A DNA stretch of 63,000 nt, the filler included, from Atractiella rhizophila (taxonomy: Eukaryota): NCBI GenBank assembly GCA_021432655.1. It is 25 parts of 25 records of this genome, joined end to end, with 100 filler letters (N's around TTAATTAATTAA, not from the genome) between each part and the next. Parts side by side here need not be neighbours in the genome. Positions count along the whole stretch, not along the records: positions 12,839 to 15,284 come from MU272684.1; positions 15,385 to 17,829 come from MU272685.1; positions 17,930 to 20,372 come from MU272686.1; positions 20,473 to 22,911 come from MU272687.1; positions 23,012 to 25,450 come from MU272688.1; 20 more parts are not named here. One strand, written 5' to 3'. Below the pieces are notes generated by a model that saw only the letters and a list, made by a program, of their open reading frames with translations, was not told the DNA's origin and made no database searches. Position 1 is the stretch's first letter; every line of letters begins with the position of its first letter. The position numbers and the translations under genes are program-made. Below, one piece after another: positions 12,860 through 25,450 of the stretch.

Positions 12860-14793
12860 TCAAATTCTGGTGAGGCATTTTGGGCACCACATCTTTTCAA
12901 CAACGTCATCCCTTCCCCTTTCGATCTTCTTCTCCTTCTTCTCCCACCCTCCTCTTCCCTCCCACACAAAAGGCACAATCGCACCCCTGCCCTCCCTCTG
13001 ATAATACTCGTTCCACTCCTCAAACCGCTCAATCTCCTTCTTCCACTTCGGCTTCTCCTTCTCCCCCATCTCATCTTCTGATTCCTCTGACTCCTCTGCG
13101 TCCTCCCCATACGTCTCCCACATCTCCTCCCGCACCAATTGTCGACACCTCATCACGAGCTCATAGTTTCCAGTGAGCCCATAACTCCCTCCTCTGACGA
13201 TTGATCGCTGTGCATACTGCAGCAGGTCCGCGGGTGCGTCTTGCCCTCCACGTCCTTGAGAATCCCAGACAAAGGGCGAGTCTTTCTCTTCGCTCGCGTC
13301 CTGTGAGGTTTGTGGGGCTTTTTCGATGGCGCACGAGGAGTGAATCCAGAGTTTACAGCTCTCGCAGTGTATCATTGGTTTCCATGTGATGTAAGGTCCT
13401 CGACAAATACAATGCTTGATGTGTGTTCCAGGCTATCGGAATGCAGATGTATATATTAGTAAACGACTAGTGATGTAAACAAATTCATGAGAGATGACTG
13501 ACCTTAAGAGAAACAGTAGCGCTATTCCCCCTCCCCCTCCTCGACAGCTCAAACCTCCAAAACCAAGCCCTCTCCTCCATCCCGGCGCTCCAGCGGCCAT
13601 TCTGACACTTCATTCCGCTCTGCAGCTTCTCCATCGAGCTCATCTTCCCTGCCCCTCTCATCCCCTTCTCTTCCACCTTCGGAGCCTCGTACGTGACAGT
13701 GTTCGTCGACTCGTCGAACGCCCACACGTCCGCGAAACCAGCGATGGAGGAGACGGATACGAGTTCGCGATGGTTCGTCCGTACGAGCTCTTCAGAGGCC
13801 AGTCGACCGTCCAAGAGGGATTCGTATTTCCTACTCCGAATCCCAATTAGATAAGTAGATGCGAATGCGCACATAATGACAATGAACTGTCTCAAAGGAA
13901 AGAAGAGGGAGGACTGACTTGAAGTATTCGAGGTCCGAAGGCTTGTAAAACCACTCGACCTCGATCCAAGTCTCCTCAGCCTCCGCCTCCACGACCCCCT
14001 CCGTCTTCTGTCTCCCAGGCATCCTCATATCCGTGATCCGTCCCAAGCCCACCTCTTCTTTCCCTCCGTACTTTCTCCCTTCCACGCTGTAATAGACCCA
14101 AACACAACTTCCCCTCCTCAAAAATAGCGGCAATTCATCCTCCTCTTCCTCTTCAGGATCAAGCCGCATTGCAGTACCCAGAGACTTCAGTGCTCGGAAC
14201 TGCTCAAATGTCGGAGGAGAGTCGAGGTCTTCGACGCCTTCATCGGCTGCCCTTGCACCTCCTTTCGAGGTGGACTGCTTGTTCGAGGCTCGAGGACGTT
14301 TTGGCGGTGATGGACCCCGCACAGGAACCTTCTTAGACCTTGCGTCCGCCTTAAAATATTGCTTCGTCGTCGCGGGTTCAATCGAAGCGACATTCTGAAA
14401 TATGCTCTTCCGAGCTCTCCTCTCCTCTCCCTTCCCTCCCTTCCCATTCCCATTCCCATTCCCTTTAACCCCAAACCTCGAAATGCTCTTCCTAGCAGTA
14501 ATCTGCGGCCTCCTCCCCTCAGTCAACGCACCGACGACCTCGTTCATCTCAGCTTCCTCTCCTTCTCCTCCCACAAGTCGATCTTCCTCCGCACCATCTT
14601 CTCCCTCTCCCTCTCCCTCTCCCTCCTCTTCCTCCTCTTCTTCCGACGATGACTCTGGCGGCGCGATACTCAGCATATTGTTCTTAGGCACAAAGGCGCG
14701 TTTCCTCTGAGGAGAGGGAACTGCAGGAGCAGATATCTGAGCGAACGTCCTCTTTCGCGTGGGCGGCGGGACGCCTTTCCGTGCTGTCTGCAT
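12860..14793 (-). CDS. BAH-PHD chromatin reader, multi-exon, apparently complete
   Basis: BAH-like GRITDMR..WIEVEWFYKP..ELVRTNHRELVSVSSIAG..FWRFE, then PHD-like CICRGPY..MIHCESCKLWIHSSC and a distant terminal CPKC. Confidence 0.78.
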
Positions 14794-15099
14794 GGTCACA
14801 AAGGATGCTGAGATGATATGCTAGAATAAAGATAGCGGAAGCAAGGAGTAAGTCGAAGCGGAAAGACGCGAGGGACGAAAAGATGAAAGCAGTCGCAGGT
14901 CACATGATTGAGCAATGGTAGCGCGTGATCGCGCAAGAGTCAGCATTTCAAAATGTCGACAAATCCTCAGAAAAAGGCGTGAGATTCACCTGTTCCTTTG
15001 AAGCCCCAGATATCGCTAGTGAGTGTGTTTCCAAAATATTTGAGAACCTTTTTCATTTGATGGGTTTGGCCAGTTGATAGGGATCCGTTCCATCGAGCG

Positions 15100-15284
15100 A
15101 TGTCGGCCAACTTGAACCAGGACGCCGATTTGGAGCGCCAGCCTCTGCTCCCTCCCACTTTAAGCACTGAGGCTGGAGAATCATCCACTCCTCCTCCCGG
15201 ATATTCGTCTATCACACCTCCCAAACTCGCCTCCCCTCCTGCCGAGCCAGAGGGAACAGTCCCAGAGAAGGACAAGAGTGCAGG
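15100..15284 (+). CDS. N-terminus of a probable vacuolar or endosomal membrane protein
   Basis: ATG ORF running off the contig, with an acidic dileucine motif ERQPLL and a PPGY motif. Confidence 0.45.
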
Positions 15285-15384
15285 NNNNNNNNNNNNNNNN
15301 NNNNNNNNNNNNNNNNNNNNNNNNNNNNTTAATTAATTAANNNNNNNNNNNNNNNNNNNNNNNNNNNNNNNNNNNNNNNNNNNN

Positions 15385-17627
15385 GAAAACATACCCCCGA
15401 GGAATCAGGAAACAAGCTGGTGTCTGCGACATAAAGTCCTTGAGTTCCCCAAACGGCACCCCTAGGATCCGTCACTCCTTCCTTCCTGCTTTTTCCCATC
15501 TTGCAAGTACCCATTTGATGCGCGCTCCCAATTTTCGACTCCGTGGGCCCTGCCTCTCTCACCTTCTGCTTCCAGGATTCAAAGGCGGCATCGTCTCCAC
15601 CTTCAAAGTCATCCACCCAAATCTGGGTTGTTCTTATTCGCTTCGCTCCTAACGCGTATTGGATGTTGGCCGCGGCGATAAGCCCCTCCACGAGCGACAC
15701 GCCATCATATGCTGAAAGTGTGTAGTTGTAGACTGGCGAGCCGTTTGGAGCCAGAGATACAGTGCCACCGTCGCGATCTCGGGTTATTATGCAGAAGTTG
15801 AGGCAATTTTTGTAATTCGCCATCTGTTCAGATAGCATCAGTCAGTACGAGAGATAGAATCGGAAAGAAAGAGGTAGCTTGCAACGCACATCTTTCTTGT
15901 GAGCTTCACGTCCTTTTTTGAAGCCAACGATAGTGGAGTGAATCATCAACGACGTTTGCATTGTTATGATTTTGGACCCGTAATGCGTTCCATCGCGATT
16001 TGCGGTCTCCGTAACATGCTTGGAGCCATGTTATCACAAAAAGCTATTTTGAGGCGAGGGAACGACGCACAGCAGTCATGATGTCTCCCTCCCATGGCTT
16101 GACATCCTCATCAAACCATCCCATCACGAAACCCGAAGGGTGAAGTCTCAGGTTCTTCCCCAACCAAGGATTCTTAATTCCACTTCTCAACAAGACTGCA
16201 GGCGAATGAAGTGCGCCAGCGGACACGATCACTCCCTTCTTGGCAACAATCACCTTCTTCTTCCCTTCCTTGTCCTTCACAACCGCGCCAACAGCCCGTG
16301 TGCGCCCGTACCAGGGGGAGTAAGAGAATTGCTCAAGCTCCTTCTCTGTTGCATCCTGAGAGGGATATGCAGGGTCGACCGAGGAGGAGAACAGTACGCG
16401 CTCGACTTCGTGCTCAAGAAGGAACTGGGCACCAGCTTTATTCGCGTCGGTCAGATAGGTGTTGACTGTTCCATTCTTGGTGCCGGATGGGCAACCAAAT
16501 GTGCAAAACCCGCACTATTCTCCGATGGCTCAAATTTGCGTTCGCAAAAGGAACAATACGTACGCCGTGGGCTTTCCCGGATGAGTTTTGAGGCAGGACG
16601 TTGGCGTCGTATCCTGCCTTTCTAGCACCTGTGTTCGCAATCTCAGGTACCTAGTAACAACAAGCAGGCAGAAAAGGCAGCGAACCTTCAATCAACATTT
16701 GATTGGCCCTGCCATGTTCCACATCTCTTGTCACTCCCAATCTTCCACACACGGCATCGACGCTCTCCTGAAACTGTCTTGTAGTAGCCCAGTCGATCCC
16801 TTTTTTCTTCCAACTCTCCCTTAACCACCTAGGCGGGGACAGTGATCCGCTCCAATTCACCGTTGTACCACCACCCAACGTCGCGCCGGCCAGAATCGTT
16901 GTCGTTCCCTCTTCCGTAGCTGTAAAAGCTCGTCCTTCGAATAGGTTGTTGAACGCCTCCCGCTCGCTCGTAAACAGCGAATTGCACTCCGTGTACGCTC
17001 CTTTCTCCACGAATAGCACCTTATGGCCCGTCTCCGCGAGATGAGCTCCAGTGACACCTCCTCCAGCTCCGGTTCCGATGACCAAGACTTCAGTTTCAAA
17101 AGGAGCGATGGCAGGAGTGAAAGTGGGGATGACGAAAGAGGAGTCCCGTGCGTGAGAGGACATGAATGAGGGATTGTCGGAGTGATAAGGGTATGAGGTC
17201 GGGGTGATGGCTTCCGGGACTGAGGAATACATGTGCGCGTTTGCGAGTTGAGCGAAGGTGTTCGAGAGCTGTCGAAGCAGCGGAATTCGGCCTTTTCCTA
17301 TTTCCATGCGCATTCAGAACATCAATACTGTTCGTTTTCCATCACCTAGAACCAATTCAACTTACCCCAAGCCAAGAGCACTGCTTCGCTCTCATCAGGC
17401 GAAAGCTCCTTCCATCCTGACTTGTTGTGTCCCGTCAAGAGCAGCATCCCCGGCCTAGTCCCAAGCGCTTTAAGGATCATATTGAGGCCACCAATGGATG
17501 CCTGAGAAGCGGCGGAAGCCAAATTATCCAAGATTGTCTTTGCAGCATCAGTAGGGAAGGGGGTATACACTCCGGAGAAGATGGCCTGAGCCGTCTCGAC
17601 TTCAGACGGCGAAAATGGGGAGGTCAT
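15385..17627 (-). CDS. Long-chain fatty alcohol oxidase (GMC oxidoreductase), 3' end cut by the contig edge
   Basis: VIGTGAGGG FAD motif, ILAGATLGGGTTVNWS, VIVSAGALHSPAVLLRSG..GKNLRLHP, SAHQMGTCKMG and GLYVADTSLFP. Confidence 0.92.
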
Positions 17628-18238
17628 AGTCGGCCTTATGATTGTCCAACTCTTCAGCGCTCAGAGCGTGAACTTGAACAAGGAAAAAGTCAGCCAAGGA
17701 GACCGCCTGGCCTTTATATCCACTGCTGTGGAGGAGGGGCGTGCGGGGTCTTCGAAGATACCGACACCGGCCGTTCGCCCGCGTTAAGGCACATTACTCG
17801 TAAGTGCCTGTCCTATTCCGAATCCAACANNNNNNNNNNNNNNNNNNNNNNNNNNNNNNNNNNNNNNNNNNNNTTAATTAATTAANNNNNNNNNNNNNNN
17901 NNNNNNNNNNNNNNNNNNNNNNNNNNNNNGTTCGAACGCCCAACTTGCATCGAGGCCCGTACTGCCTCTGAGGGTCGACGTGGACGCTCGCGGTCTAGTA
18001 TTGAGGTGGATGACATGTCCACCTCTCTCCTTGCTCATACACTTGATTAGGCCGTCAGTAGCAATAGGACAATGGTGGTTTGCCAAATCCTCATATCAGA
18101 ATAGAACTCAAACTGCGTCTGACTCACAGGTGGATTCCACGACACCACCAAGATAAGAGCCTGAGATAGGTACGGAGAGTGAACGGAAGGGGAGAAGGAA
18201 GCATAGCATTACTGGAGAAACTACCAAAGAAGGGCAAC

Positions 18239-19206
18239 ATGGCTGACCTTCGCGCACAACTCAACCTCATCCCACCCGTCACCCGTGTGTTGCTCATAAG
18301 CTGCTTAGCGGTCACCCTGCCCCTCATCTTGGGTCTCACGAGTGGCAACTGGGTGTTCTTCTCGTGGCCACGAATATCTGCTAACTGGGAGCTCTGGCGA
18401 CTTATCTGTGCGTATCTCTACCTCATTTGCATTCGCAGCGGTTGTGGTCATAACGGTTTGCGTGGCATGCTGACATGGATCCATGGATGGGAAAAGCACC
18501 CTTCTTCTTCGCAGGCAAAGGCATCCCACTGCTTTTCAACCTCTTCATCCTCTACCGCAACTCGACCTTTCTCGAATCCACCCTCTTCCGAGGCAACACC
18601 GCGGACTACATTTGGTGTCTCATTGTCACAGGCGCATTAATCATTGCCACAAACATCCCGCTGGGGAGCTACATCCTCTTCCATCCCTTGTCCTCAGTTC
18701 TACTCTACCTGTGGTCTCGCGCCTCTCCATACTCTTCCATCTCCTTCTTTGGTTTCGTAACCATCCCCGCGTGAGTCTCATATCCTCTTTCCACCCTTTC
18801 TCCAGAGTAATGTTGATATGACACCAGACCATACGCGCCATACGCCATGCTAGGTCTCGACCTCGTCCAAGCCGGCATCCCCACCGCCCTTCAAGGACTA
18901 ACGGGCATCGCAGCGGGGTACGCCTGGTGGTGGTTTCGGGAAGAGAAAGGGTTGGGAGAACACACAGCCGACACCCCAGCATGGATCGATACGGCGCTTC
19001 GACTCCTCAATACTGGTGCCGTGAGGGCTTCACAGGGCGTACAGTATGGGCAGACGCTTGGTGGCGCGCCAGGTAGGAGGAATGATGGTGGCAGTGGGAG
19101 TGGGAGGGAGGGAACGAGGATGGCTGGAAGGAGTGGCGATAGGAGGGAAGATACTGGTTCGACTACCGGGTATCAATGGGGTACGGGACAGCGGTTAGGG
19201 ACTTGA
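18239..19206 (+). CDS. Derlin family ERAD membrane protein (DER1/DFM1-like), 3 exons
   Basis: IPPVTR start, WELWRLI, LYRNSTFLE, SFFGFVTIPA|PYAPY, and a C-terminal SHP-box-like WGTGQRLG. Confidence 0.92.
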
Positions 19207-20839
19207 TTGGGATTTGTGCTGTTTGGAGATAACGGAATGTTATGCAACGCTTGTGTCTGCGAAAGCTTGCGGAGCTCTTAGTATTTTTCGCCATCCTTGA
19301 AGAGACGCAGAAGTTAGACGAGCAAATCTAGGACAATGCTTAGCAGCTCCCACCAGGAACACGATGATGTGAGGCGATCGATACGGATGGGGGTGAGATG
19401 CTGTTATCCCATCTCCCAGGAATTTAAGTTAGAAGGCAGTCAGCCGGACATCCTGCTATACTTGAAGTAGACTAGCGCTTACAACTGCCAATACTATACA
19501 CCCTGGATGGAATCGAGGACAGCAATCTCGTAGGTGAGCCTGTGTGCATGTGTAGACATACCTTTGGCATAGAACTCTTGCTCTGCCCAGCACTCTTCAC
19601 TGAATTCAATGATCTACGTCACTTCACTGGGTATTGTGTTTGATGCTGATAATCGTTGCAACTCCAAGGTGTGCATTTGAATGTCAGCTGTTTTCAAAGC
19701 ATTTTCGGAAGGTTCAAGCAATCTATCCAAGAACCAAAAATCTTGGGGCATGACGTTATTCAGACGAAGCGACATCAGGTCTTGAATGGAGTCCTGAGAA
19801 GTAAGGAGGTCGGACAAAAGGCTCCACATCCATCCATAAATCGCAAGCTGTTTGAGGCGAAAATTCGCCGGAGCACAAACGGATACAGCTTGCGGCGGGA
19901 TGGTTCCTGGTATCTTGCCAGTGATCTTGAGATCCACAGTGCCGTAAAATAGTTCGGTATTGTCGCCTTCGAGAAGGCATTAGCTGTTGCACTCAAAGCG
20001 CTGGATATGTCCCAATGCCGTCAAAAAAGAAAGGAGACGTTCTGAATCGAGTCTCGAGAAGTCTAGGTTGGGTTTACCTGCTCAATATTGGGAAATGGGA
20101 AAGAAATCTCAAACATACATCAACCCAGCTCGATAACTCGCAGGGTCAGTTGGACTAATATAACCTCATAATTAGAATCTCAAAGAGCAATGTGGAGACC
20201 TGAAAATTTCGCCAATGGGAGTCCAAGTCGGAGGTTCAAGGACGAAACTGCGTTGACGAAACAAGTGTTCTCGTGTGAGAAATAAGAACAAATGGAAATC
20301 AAGGCACAAGTCAGTAACGTCCTTGACTCGTCTGACGGGGAAGTAAGAGCTAGATGGCCCTGGGATGTCAGCNNNNNNNNNNNNNNNNNNNNNNNNNNNN
20401 NNNNNNNNNNNNNNNNTTAATTAATTAANNNNNNNNNNNNNNNNNNNNNNNNNNNNNNNNNNNNNNNNNNNNTCGTCTAGCTACAGTTACCACGGAATGA
20501 AGAAGACAGAAAATGTGATCGATTACTTAGCTAGCGATATCGAAAACTAATTCTTTTTACCCTCACGGCCTTGCTGTGTCTGTGTTCCTTGATCCCTGAA
20601 GCTAAGCTCTGCACGTCATGCCAGGATTTTCCTTTCCCAACATTAAGCACAATAAATCCAAATCCAATTCCATCCACAACAATCCATAACACACGCAACA
20701 TGATGAACGAGCCCCTGAACCAGGCATGCCCTCTCACTCTCAGAAGCTCGAAATCCGAAGCGTCTATTGCAACATATCAGAATTGATTCATATGGCCTTT
20801 GGACGGGGCAAACTGGTCGCCCCGAGGGTTTTGCGCTCA

Positions 20840-22480
20840 ATTTCGGGAGATTTGCGCCGCATCGTCATAGCCCAATCTGGCAGACTCTTCTAGCTCATCA
20901 TCTTCATCATCCACTGTCTTCTTAGGCATAATCAACTTCATTGCGGGCATCTTGTGAACAGATCAGTACATTGATCGAAGGCTTTTGTCGAGCGCTTTGC
21001 CTGTGCCCCACATCGGTCGCTGCTTCTTGTTCGTCGATTCTAACGCACGATCCTGAGCATAGATGTGGTCGAGAGCACGACACGGCATGATCGGAGTCGC
21101 TAAAATGCATACGGCAGTCCTGAATGCCTATCGATAGCATTGGAACCGGTCAGGTTGACAATAAAGATGGACGAAGGGCTCATGAGCTTGAGTCTTGCAG
21201 CTTCACCAATTGTCCCGGAGATCGCGTTTTGAATGTCGTGATGGAGTTGCGATGGCAGGAACTGCCCGCCATGCAGGTGGTACAGGGTGAAGATAAGGAT
21301 CTGGACGGTCGTGAGCCGTAGAAAGCTGAGTAGAAGTCGCGCTTGAACCGGGCGTAGACGACAACAGCATGTTGATGCTGCCTCTGCACCTTGCTAGCCC
21401 ACACTTTCCCCTCCATCGCCACCTCAGCCTCGTACTTCAATCCCATCTCCCTATCCGCCACGCCAGCTCCGTACACTTCCCTACGTTCTCTTTGTCGTCA
21501 GGAAACACCCGATTATAAAAATAGTACGGAGTCTTGCTGGCACTATGAACACATCCCAGAGCGCATGGAGAATGACGGAGGGTCTGAGGAGATGATTTCC
21601 AATGAGGGTTCCATCAGGCCGCCCAGTCCACTTCCTATCCCGCTTGTCTTCGTGTGTCCAATCCAGCAGGGTGATAACGCCATTCTCGCCAGACCGAATC
21701 CCGTCAAGGAATCGAAGGGGACCGATGATTGGTTCGATGTGTGGGAGGGCTTTTAGCAAGGTGGTACGGTGAGTAAGGAGTCCGAATTCAAGTCGTACGG
21801 TAGGATCCCCGTCGGCCGCAAGCTCTCCGACATGATGTCTGTAGTCCTTGAGCCAATCGTTGACGCTGAGCAACGTCATCCGCGACAACGCCATCATCTT
21901 CAGCAGCTTTCGATCATGCTTCGAGGCATCGGTGGGTGAGAAGTAAACTGGCGAAGCATTATAACCTGTTCATCATAATTTAGCTGCTTTTACAATGTAA
22001 GAGAAGCTACGAACCAGTCGTACTATTTGCGGCCACCACAAACATCGTCACATTGTTTCCTAACGTCGCCTTTCCACTGTCCAATTCTGAACGTAGTTCC
22101 TTCAACCGTTCTGGCGAGTCCAACTCGGTGGAGAGAGAAAAGGGATGCTCGCGAGATGCGCCAAGAACTTGGCTCATCTTGAGGTTGGCTGATGCTGCTT
22201 TCTTGATGCTAACATCGTCCTTGATGAGCGAAATTGAGGTTGTTGTGGCATCTTGACCAAGCGCTTCATCGAGAGGATCAGGCTAAGATGGTGGAGGATG
22301 TCCACAGCAGTCGGCCAGCCGATGGATGGTCGAAGAATGTCTTTCACCTGCGAGTGACGGATGATTGACGTTCGACTAGCGAAGGAGTCTGCTTGCATCA
22401 TGAAAAGCTTAAATGACTGATCAGCATCTGATGGCTCCTGGCGCCTGACGACAACTGAGCCATCGCTGACCAAGGCCTAG
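20840..22480 (-). pseudogene. Long degenerate coding region of unknown family
   Basis: Successive minus-strand ORFs (22174-22473, 21481-21897, 21180-21476) broken by stops and frame changes; no domain recognised. Confidence 0.3.
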
Positions 22481-23011
22481 TGAGTTCTTCTCACTGACTG
22501 ATAACCGTGATCAATCTGGTGAATCCTGACAAGGTGTTGATCAGGAATTGGTCTGCACTGAACGGGTACTGATCACGAACTGGTCTGACGTGAACGTGTT
22601 TGCAAGGTAAATGTAATTACAGTATATAGAATGCATTGAAAAACAGCAAAATGAAAGCTATCCATGTTCAAAAGCTAGATATTATGAAAGAGAGAGAAGT
22701 CAAGACAGCTCAGGAGAGATTTTGAAACCGTAGGAATAGATCAGCCTCCGCAAGGTCATTAACATGATAAAACCCATCGTCGACCGGATCCGATTGAATA
22801 TAATAGCTTCGAGCAATGTTTTCCGTCAGAATAAAGCTGAGTTGCTCTTGTCCTTGGAGAAGAGGCATGCCAGACAAGTAATGCCTTCCGACCCATTTAT
22901 ACTCACAAACTNNNNNNNNNNNNNNNNNNNNNNNNNNNNNNNNNNNNNNNNNNNNTTAATTAATTAANNNNNNNNNNNNNNNNNNNNNNNNNNNNNNNNN
23001 NNNNNNNNNNN

Positions 23012-25450
23012 AGACAAAAAGAGAACGAATTGCTGATCCTCGTTTGATTGCGTTTGCATCTTCCAGACACAAATCCCATTCTTCGTCACTTTCCAGTAGA
23101 CCTGATGCCACACAGGCTGCTTTGAATGTTTCGTAAACTTGACCGTCAATTGTACGAATGTCCTCAAAAGATTTAGGACTTGGGATCTTGTGAAGAAGTA
23201 GTTGAAGATAAAAGAGCTCCCCTTGTGATGGTGCAATGTATAATATCCGACCAATAGCATCGCCTTTCTCACGTATCTTCCAGCGCTTTGAATTACTCTG
23301 CCAGACCAAATGTCGAGGGGCTTGAGGATGGATCCACCGTCGGGAGACCTGGGGAGAATCACAGCAGAATTGGAAAAATTCGCTAAGCACTGTTTTTCCG
23401 ACATTTCTTCGGGAAAGTATATCTTCAGGTTGACCATCATCTGCATTAAAAATGACCATCTGCTGATTTGGAAGATAAATGCTCAGTCGAATCACAGTTG
23501 GAGAGTGATCATGAAGCTTGAAGTGGAAAATCCGCCAGCATGCTACTTAATTCTTAACCTTTGAGGAATGGACTGAACAAACCTTCTGAAGCACCCACAT
23601 ATCGTGCATCTAAATACTCTTTAATCTCATCCACAGGCTCTCTTGCTCCACTGAAATCTGATTCTATGACTAATTGTGCTCTATCCGGCCCTTTGTATAG
23701 TTATTTGAATATATACTTGACTGAACGAATTGAGATACAGATCTCAGTGTTGATATGAGCCAGAAACTTCCTCAGGACCCAAGCATTAAAAGGCACTACC
23801 CATCGATTATCATATATAAACTCTTGGCCCCGAATCATCTTGCGAAAAACCCAGCCGTCGTTACGCCGCCGATAGGTAGGGTAGCCATTATCGTTGATTC
23901 TCGTTTCCTCAACAAAAGGCTTGTTCTTCCATATTCAAACTCTCCTCACTTCCATCCACCAAGTCATTTCCATGGTTTCCACGATGTATTGCGCTCTACC
24001 AACTGGAACCATCGCCTTTGACCACGCCATATTCACCATTATTGGCTACGCATTTCTTCTCTCCCTTGCCTTTCTTTTTCTGCAGTACTCTCGTTCTACT
24101 ATGCGCGAATACGCCAAACAGGTCATTCGAGATTCGTTCAAGCCTGTCGTGAAGCACAATAATCGCCTGAACCAGACCATTCACGGCACAGGCAAGTCAT
24201 CCGTCTCTTTCAGAAGGCCATAATCTCAAAAGCAACTTATAGACGACGAGTCTGATCATCATGCTGTCCCTCTTCAGCCCTGATTTTACCTCTCATTTAG
24301 CATCATAATGGCCCATTGAGATATCCATACTCCTCAAGCGGAAACTCTAGGGTTTCTGCTTATCAGTGCGGATGTGATATCTGGTAAGTTTCTAGTTGCG
24401 GGAGGAGCGTTATATGTGAAGCCCAGATGACGACGAGACTCAAATAGGTATTTATTGCTAGATTCTTGATATACGACCATTTCCTCATGACCCATGACAG
24501 CCCTGCTAATCACAGCCAACTGACTCAGCACCAACCGTTTATGTTCGCTGGCACGCTATCCTTTTCTGTCGCTAATGGTGGCTACTCAGTCTACAGTCTG
24601 CTTGTCAGAACCATGCTTTATTAGGGTAGATGCGCCACCAAGAGACAATCTATCTTTTGAGGAGCAACCAGGGATAACGGTCACACCAAATGGTTGTGTA
24701 AGGACTGTTCTTATGGATAGGGAAATGAATGGTGAGTCTTAGGGCCATGGGTTGCCGCAAGGAATGATGAACCATTGCGACAGATGGTAATCGATTCGTT
24801 CGTAAACAATTGCAGTCGAGAGGAAATAATTCACATAATCGATGATGAAACATGTTTTTATCCTACGCCTCATGTAGTCAACAAGCTGGGGGGCCCCTCG
24901 TCCCTGAGAGATAATCAGTGATTGAGTACTTATAACACTTCTTTGGAACTACATTATCTGTTAAATTGTGTGCAGGCACTCACAGCTTCAAGAGTGACAA
25001 AATGTGAGGGAACAGAGAATCGAATCGACACCAAAAACAAAATTATGTCACACTCTCACTGAACACCAACTACACCATCACACAGACTCTTTGTCTTAAA
25101 ACCCAATGATAAGTAAGTAAGGAAAACGTGACCTAAGTACCAACTTGACACACAATTATTTTTTGTCCTTTAAATAAGCTTTGTTGTGTACGGTCCAAAA
25201 GGCGCTGGCATGCGTATTCTGGTGGTATGCTCACAATTTTGACGGGGTTGTTGTGGACCAAGAGTCACTTGAGGCAGTAAGGAAAACAATTTTTTTTTCG
25301 TCTTTCAAATCGACTTTGTTGTATACGGTTCGAACGGCGCCGACACGCGTATTCTGCTGGTATGCTCAGATTTCTGGTAGGGCTGTTGTGGGTGGTGAGA
25401 GAAGTGCTCAAAAGTACATGCGTGAGTCATGATCAAAATCCGTCGTGCTT
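23012..25450 (-). mobile_element. Helitron remnant: RepHel pseudogene (23012 to about 23920) plus 5' non-coding region
   Basis: GYPTYRRR, DNRWVVPFN..AHINTE, KYIFK*LYKGPDR, DEIKEYLDARYV, GELFYLQLLL..SFEDIRTIDG..TFKAAC..GLLESDEEW. The YxxKY motif has a stop at 23701-23703, and the Rep N-terminal part is missing. Confidence 0.9.

Noticed and set aside
14440..14640. CCCATT and CCCTCT hexamer runs as telomere variants
   Set aside because: They encode low-complexity GN and GE repeats within the BAH-PHD gene.
19400..20372. F-box/LRR-like gene on the minus strand
   Set aside because: The ORF pieces are leucine-rich, but I could not confidently recognise a motif or exon structure.
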